DNA from: Candidatus Woesearchaeota archaeon
GTDB lineage: Archaea; Nanobdellota; Nanobdellia; Woesearchaeales; UBA119
Assembly: GCA_030156615.1 (NCBI GenBank)
Contig: JASGME010000003.1
Location: 7,574 to 71,573 of the forward strand
Length of the DNA stretch: 64,000 bases
Direction: 5' to 3'
Numbering within the stretch: the stretch's first letter is position 1; every line of letters begins with the position of its first letter. The notes under the pieces are model-generated. The model was not told the DNA's origin and did not search any database. It saw only the letters and a list, made by a program, of their open reading frames with translations. The position numbers and the translations under genes are program-made. This document shows, in pieces, positions 56,811 through 64,000 of this stretch.

Positions 56811-58571
56811 ATGAAGATAAATAAGAAGAGGATTGCAGTTGTTCGCAGGGAGAAATGCAATCCAGAGGCATGTGGAAACCTGTGCGTGAAGCTTTGCCCA
56901 GTCAATCGAACAGGAAAGGAATGCATAAGAATAGAAGATGGCAAAGCAGTCATAGAAGAAGCTCTATGTACAGGTTGCGGGATCTGCTCAAATAGATGTC
57001 CTTTCAACGCAATTTCAATAATTAATCTTCCTAAGGAGCTCCAGCATGAACCAATTCACCAGTACGGCATGAATGGCTTTCATCTATTCAACATTCCGAT
57101 GCCTTCTTTTGGCAAGGTTGTAGGTATAGTTGGAAGGAATGGAATCGGAAAGACCACAGCAATAAAAATTCTTGCAGGCATTTTGAAGCCAAATCTTGGA
57201 AATCTAAATTCTCAACCAGATTACAAAGAATTAATTCAATACTTCAAGGGAACAGAATCACAGCACTTCTTTGAGCTTCTTAGTGAAGGCAAGATAAAAG
57301 TGAGTTATAAGCCACAGCAGGTTGAGGCTCTAACAAAAATGTACGACTGCACAGTTAATGAACTTTTGTTAAAGGCAGACAAGACAGGAAAGTTAGATGA
57401 ATTTGTAAAATCACTTTCTCTTCAAAGCATTCTTTCAAATAAGATCTCAGATGTTTCAGGAGGTGAGCTTCAAAGAATTGCAATTGCAGCAACCTTCCTG
57501 AATGACGCTGATTTGTATATATTGGATGAACCAAGCTCTTATCTTGATATAAAGCAAAGGCTTTCTGTTGCAAAATTCATTAGATCTATGATATCGCCAT
57601 CTAAAAGTATAATTGTTGTTGAGCACGATTTGATTGTTTTGGATTATCTTGCAGATTTAATTCATATATTGTATGGAGAGAGTGGAGTTTATGGTGTTGT
57701 AAGCCCGCCAATCTCAGCAAGAGAAGGAATAAATTCTTATCTCTCGGGCTATATAAAAGAAGAAAATGTAAGATTTAGAGATTATGAACTGAAGTTTTAT
57801 TCAAGGCCTGAGATACAAGCCAAAAGCTCTGAAACTCTTATAGAATGGACTCCGCTGAAAAAGAAGATGGGCAACTTTTCTCTTGAAGCTGAAGAAGGCA
57901 AGATTCTGAAGAAAACAATGACAGGACTGCTCGGAGAAAACGGCATAGGAAAGACAACATTCATAAGAATGCTTGCAGGAGAACTTAAGCCGGATGAAGG
58001 GAATATTAATGAAGCCATTAAAATCGCTTATAAACCTCAATATATTGAAATAAAGGAGGATGTGCCAGTTTCTTTATTCCTTAAAGAAGCGATACAGAAA
58101 TATTCAACGCAGTTAATAAAGCCTCTTGAATTAGATGAGCTTAAAGACAGGATGCTCTCAGAACTTTCCGGTGGAGAGCTTCAAAGGGTTATGATTGCTT
58201 CCACTTTAGCAAAGGATGCCGATATATATCTCTTTGATGAGCCATCAGCATATTTGGATGTTGAGCAAAGACTTAGTGTTGCCAAGATAATCTCAAATAT
58301 TCTTGAAGTTATAGGAAAAGCCTGTGCTGTAATTGATCATGATTTACTCTTCTTGGATACAATTTCATCAAACCTTCTTATATTCCATGGAAAACCAGCA
58401 CTGCATGGCATCGTTAAAGGACCTTTTACAATGGAAGAAGGAATGACTATTTTCCTAAGTGATCTAGGTATAACATTCAGAAGGGACAAGGATTCAAGGA
58501 GACCAAGGGCAAATAAAGAAGGTTCAAGACTTGATGTTATGCAGAAAGCTCAAGGTCGTTATTTTTATTAA
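56811..58571 (+). CDS. rli: ABCE1/RLI ribosome recycling ATPase
   Basis: Two [4Fe-4S] Cys clusters, two ABC cassettes (GRNGIGKTT, GENGIGKTT, SGGELQR, DEPS). Confidence 0.97.
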   Translation: MKINKKRIAVVRREKCNPEACGNLCVKLCPVNRTGKECIRIEDGKAVIEEALCTGCGICSNRCPFNAISIINLPKELQHEPIHQYGMNGFHLFNIPMPSFGKVVGIVGRNGIGKTTAIKILAGILKPNLGNLNSQPDYKELIQYFKGTESQHFFELLSEGKIKVSYKPQQVEALTKMYDCTVNELLLKADKTGKLDEFVKSLSLQSILSNKISDVSGGELQRIAIAATFLNDADLYILDEPSSYLDIKQRLSVAKFIRSMISPSKSIIVVEHDLIVLDYLADLIHILYGESGVYGVVSPPISAREGINSYLSGYIKEENVRFRDYELKFYSRPEIQAKSSETLIEWTPLKKKMGNFSLEAEEGKILKKTMTGLLGENGIGKTTFIRMLAGELKPDEGNINEAIKIAYKPQYIEIKEDVPVSLFLKEAIQKYSTQLIKPLELDELKDRMLSELSGGELQRVMIASTLAKDADIYLFDEPSAYLDVEQRLSVAKIISNILEVIGKACAVIDHDLLFLDTISSNLLIFHGKPALHGIVKGPFTMEEGMTIFLSDLGITFRRDKDSRRPRANKEGSRLDVMQKAQGRYFY

Positions 58572-58678
58572 AAGATAAAGGGATTTTTATTCGTGAAAAT
58601 TCTTTAAATTAATCAAAAGATTTATTAATACTACACATAGTTTCCTTTTAGGTTTTATCAATGTCTTTAAGAATATAA

Positions 58679-60616
<1,938 letters not shown>

Positions 60617-60619
60617 AGT

Positions 60620-61846
60620 TCAGAGAGCTCGCTTATTCTCGTGGGGCAAAATCTGGTTTAATACCAATCCTACAACACTGGCAAGTCCAATTCCTCCTAA
60701 TGAAAAGCTGCCAAAAGATATAGTAGCTCCCCCGATTCCTATCGTCAGAATAATCGAGACAATCACAAGATTCCTTGTCTTGTTCATGTCAGGCCGGGCT
60801 TGCAGTAAAGTTCTTATGCCTACTGCAGCAATCATACCGAAAAGCAGGATCATTATTCCTCCTAAAACAGCACTAGGAATCGTCTTCAGGATTGCTCCTA
60901 ACTTACCTACAAAAGCCAGAATGATGGCTGTTCCTGCCGCTATTCTCATAATTTCCGGGTCATAGACCTTTGTCAAAGCCACAGCCCCAGTAACCTCTGA
61001 ATACGTAGTATTTGGAGGACCACCAAAGAAGCCAGCAATCATAGTAGCAAGTCCATCCCCCAAGAGAGTCCTATGAACCCCCGGCTTTTCCACAAACTTC
61101 TTTCCTGTAACTTCGCTTATTGTGTATATATCACCGATATGTTCAATAAGAGGAGCTATTGCAACTGGAATGAAGTAGATTATTGCTTCCCATTTGAAAG
61201 CAGGAAAAGTAAAATCAGGCAAAGAAATCCACGCAGCCTGAGTAACAGGAGTGAAATCAACAATTCCCATAAACAATGCTACAATATAGCCAATAACAAT
61301 TCCGCCGAATATCGGAATAAGCTTTAACATCCCCTTGCCAAAAATAACAAGTCCAATTGCAACCGCTAATGAGATTATTGCGAGGAGCCAATTCTCTTGG
61401 GCCATTTCTATTCCAGTAGGAGCTAATACCAGACCTATGCACATAATTACTGGACCTATGACAATCGCTGGAAAGTATTTCTCTATTAGCTTAATTCCTT
61501 TTCTTCGCACAATCATTGATACTATTACATATATTGCTCCTGCCGCAATCAACCCGCCTAAAGCTCCTGGCAATCCGTAAAGTTTTGTTCCTTCTATAAT
61601 CGGTGCAATAAAAGCAAAACTGCTTCCTAGAAAAACAGGCACCTTGTTTTTCGTTACTAGATGAAAGACAAGAGTTCCAACTCCTGCAGTGAATAACGCT
61701 ACTGCAGGATCCAGACCAGTAAGCAAAGGCACAAGAACAGTCGCTCCAAATGCCACAAAAAGCATCTGTATCCCAAGAATCAGTTTTGTTGTTGCATTAA
61801 GCTCTTTAGCATCTTTATCTGTTTCATTTGCAGGCTTTCCCAACAT
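60620..61846 (-). CDS. uraA: Uracil/nucleobase:cation symporter (NCS2, UraA/PyrP)
   Basis: QMLFVAFGATVLVP, LGSSFAF, EHIGD, PNTTYSE, GK, RNL; strong AGGAGGT RBS. Confidence 0.93.
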   Translation of the reverse strand: MLGKPANETDKDAKELNATTKLILGIQMLFVAFGATVLVPLLTGLDPAVALFTAGVGTLVFHLVTKNKVPVFLGSSFAFIAPIIEGTKLYGLPGALGGLIAAGAIYVIVSMIVRRKGIKLIEKYFPAIVIGPVIMCIGLVLAPTGIEMAQENWLLAIISLAVAIGLVIFGKGMLKLIPIFGGIVIGYIVALFMGIVDFTPVTQAAWISLPDFTFPAFKWEAIIYFIPVAIAPLIEHIGDIYTISEVTGKKFVEKPGVHRTLLGDGLATMIAGFFGGPPNTTYSEVTGAVALTKVYDPEIMRIAAGTAIILAFVGKLGAILKTIPSAVLGGIMILLFGMIAAVGIRTLLQARPDMNKTRNLVIVSIILTIGIGGATISFGSFSLGGIGLASVVGLVLNQILPHENKRAL

Positions 61847-62077
61847 TTTCTATACCTCCTTTTTTAGAAAAGATAGAGTTATGAAAAGCATCGTGTTGAG
61901 AATAAAAATGAATTAAAAAGGGCTGCCCCAGAAAGATATCAGAAGAAGTCCAACCAAATAAAAAATACATCTTAAAAAAATAAAATGCTATTTTACTCTT
62001 TTTATACTTTTATGTTTTCTATATTATGTTTCCTTTACTATCTTTCTTGTTCTGATTCTTTTTTGGCTAGATAGTTC

Positions 62078-62112
62078 AGGCAATGATTATCAATCAATGT
62101 GAATCATTGCCT
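62078..62112. terminator. 11-bp perfect inverted repeat after the 301-aa gene (stem-loop or operator)
   Basis: AGGCAATGATT-N13-AATCATTGCCT. Confidence 0.4.
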
Positions 62113-62127
62113 AAGGAATTCATTTTT

Positions 62128-63033
62128 TCAATAATTCTTTATGGCATCAATCATCTCTTCTTTAGAATTAGTTTGCCTTAGCCTGTTTGCAAGATCCGAG
62201 AGCCCAAACACACCTTCAATCCAATTAGCAAAATCGTTCTTTTGATTATTAGCGTAATGGCTAAACACTTCATCAGGCATCTTCTCAAGCTCATATAGAA
62301 GTTCTTCAATAGAGTACAAAGTAGCGTTAGAAAGCCTAAACCCCTTCTCTTCACTACATCTTTGGCTGAACAACTTAAATCTTTCAGCGTTCCTTATCAT
62401 CTCTTTAAGCTCTTTTATGTTCTGCTCAATCTCCTCTTCCTTCTCAAGCAGAAGCTGTCTTGTTTCTTGGTATTGCTCATTTCTCACAACCCACTCGGAT
62501 TCAAGTTCCTTTAGCTTTATCAACTTTCTATAAATCTTTTCTTCAATATCATCCGCATCAAGAAAAAAGAATTCTCCTTTGTTTAGGGTGTCGTGATAAA
62601 TCTTCATTCTCTTGAGAAGATTGCTTGACAAATGTTTTTTTATGTTTTCTTGACCTTTTTCTTCTTTGAATCTTTTTTCAAGCTGCTTAAAGAAAGAAAA
62701 ATCTTCATAATTCCTTTCTTTTCTATGTTCTCCTTTATACTCCTTCCCTTCCCTTTTGCTTTCATTTTCTTCTTTATTCAATTCGTTATTTCTGTGCCTG
62801 GCTGATTTTGATTCATTCAATTCCTTTTTATTCTCTTTTAAATCCAACCTTTCTTTGACCTCTTCATCCTTCTTTAATGATAAAGGCAACCTTTTATTGT
62901 CTTCCTCTTTCTCTTTTTTCTTCCTCTCTTCAATCATAGTGCTTATCTCTTGTGTATATTTGTCTAGTATAGTTTCAGGAAGAGAATTAGGTATTTCTTC
63001 TTTATTCTCCTTTAACTCTCTAATTAAACTCAT
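62128..63033 (-). CDS. Charged coiled-coil protein with C-terminal DUF5752-like domain
   Basis: FRLSNATLYSIEELLYELEKMPDEVFSHYANNQKNDFANWIEGVFG. Confidence 0.75.
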   Translation of the reverse strand: MSLIRELKENKEEIPNSLPETILDKYTQEISTMIEERKKKEKEEDNKRLPLSLKKDEEVKERLDLKENKKELNESKSARHRNNELNKEENESKREGKEYKGEHRKERNYEDFSFFKQLEKRFKEEKGQENIKKHLSSNLLKRMKIYHDTLNKGEFFFLDADDIEEKIYRKLIKLKELESEWVVRNEQYQETRQLLLEKEEEIEQNIKELKEMIRNAERFKLFSQRCSEEKGFRLSNATLYSIEELLYELEKMPDEVFSHYANNQKNDFANWIEGVFGLSDLANRLRQTNSKEEMIDAIKNY

Positions 63034-63092
63034 CTGCAGACCCCCAAAATTCCTTGAATAAATTTCTTTAAATACTTTTTTGTTTTTACTTC

Positions 63093-64000
63093 TTAAACGA
63101 TTTCAATATAAAAAGATAGCTTATTTGTTCCGATTTTATAGTCCCTTAACAAGGCAGGCACCCTTATCTCATAATCATATACCCCATAGCTTCCAATTGA
63201 TCCCGGATTGAGTTCTGTGATAAAAACTAAATCCTCATCATCTGAAGTATCATACTGCAGATTACCCGAGTCATCGCGTGAATCCCATAAGATTCCTGTT
63301 TTAAAGTTTTCATTATCGGTACTGCTTACGATTGGTACATTTTCAATAACTCTGTTTGCCAGAGTAAAGTTCATTGTTTCAATAGGATTGTTTGTGCCGC
63401 CACCCCAAATTTCCTTTATTGAATCAACAAACGAGGTTGTGTTAAGATTTGTATCAATATCATCAAAATCTAAAGATGGATCACCTAAAATGTTTCTCCC
63501 TATTGCTATTAAATCTTCATATGCAAAATTGCTGTCAGCATCGGCAACAAACAGATTCCCTGAAAAACCAGGATTATCTTCGTAATCAATGATCTTGTAA
63601 CCTAAAGCATTAGCTAAGATTACATCAGTAGAAACATTGCCGTAGAAATATTGATATAATTCTACTATAATCGTATTGTTTGCCTGGTTGTTAGAATAAC
63701 TAGTTTCATTCAGACTCTCATCTAAATTCGCTACTGCAAAGATATTGTTATTCCCTGCTTTTAAAATATAAGATTCATTAATTATGGTATTGTTTCCAGA
63801 AGCAAGGAAATCAACAGTTTGGTTCTCTCCAATCTGGTTTTCAGGGGACACAGAATTCTTGAAAAACTGTACGACAAATGATTCTTTTGCATCATTTAGT
63901 CCTCTATTCGATACATTAGCGTATATTGTGATTTCATTTCCTTCTATCCTGCTTTCATCACTAAACCAGATATCGTCTTGTTCTATTACTAAGTCCGGCG
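63093..64000 (-). CDS. C-terminal part of a large CARDB-containing surface protein (5' end outside window)
   Basis: Frame open from 63998: PDLVIEQDDIWFS...ITIYANVSNRG...FAVANLDESLNETSYSNNQA (CARDB signature). Confidence 0.8.
   Translation of the reverse strand, partial: PDLVIEQDDIWFSDESRIEGNEITIYANVSNRGLNDAKESFVVQFFKNSVSPENQIGENQTVDFLASGNNTIINESYILKAGNNNIFAVANLDESLNETSYSNNQANNTIIVELYQYFYGNVSTDVILANALGYKIIDYEDNPGFSGNLFVADADSNFAYEDLIAIGRNILGDPSLDFDDIDTNLNTTSFVDSIKEIWGGGTNNPIETMNFTLANRVIENVPIVSSTDNENFKTGILWDSRDDSGNLQYDTSDDEDLVFITELNPGSIGSYGVYDYEIRVPALLRDYKIGTNKLSFYIEIV

Noticed and set aside
61847-62127. PyrR attenuator or riboswitch upstream of the uracil permease
   Set aside because: No PyrR-binding ARUCC.G.GAGGYU loop or convincing alternative stems seen
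63208-63585. 125-aa plus-strand ORF and other 60-130 aa ORFs nested in or opposite long genes
   Set aside because: Shadow frames of well-supported CDSs

Overview
AT-rich archaeal chromosome segment, most likely DPANN (Woesearchaeota/Pacearchaeota-like; inferred from gene content and protein style). Archaeal markers: PolB, Nop5, fibrillarin, archease, ABCE1, L34e, L14e, deoxyhypusine synthase, initiator tRNA-Met with A1:U72. Layout: (1) 1-11.8 kb: giant double-anchored, sequon-rich surface proteins (a TSP1-like motif plus three 72-bp Cys repeats; a cadherin-like protein) beside a MoxR-DUF58-vWA operon. (2) 11.8-17.4 kb: rsmA-rnhB between a HEPN/MNT pair and an AbiE pair, then a Gly-Tyr-repeat surface protein. 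(3) 17.6-44.4 kb: mosaic glycosylation region (rmlBDAC, ugd, epimerases, GT2/GT4/GT-C, methyltransferases, CapE plus split CapF, gene scars) interrupted by tRNA-iMet, dys and tRNA-Ser. (4) 44.4-64 kb: housekeeping genes with two more toxin-antitoxin-like pairs, gyrB without an adjacent gyrA, and a uracil permease. No CRISPR array, rRNA, integrase or transposase was seen. Best candidates for undescribed biology: an adhesin/MoxR module whose adhesin tail is duplicated as a soluble paralogue; an RHH-sugar-nucleotidyltransferase fusion with a palindromic operator opposite the rml operon; a PRTase-HAD fusion that may ribosylate glycans; and tandem palindrome pairs bracketing an AAA-DUF4143 ATPase. 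All family assignments come from motif recognition, not database searches.
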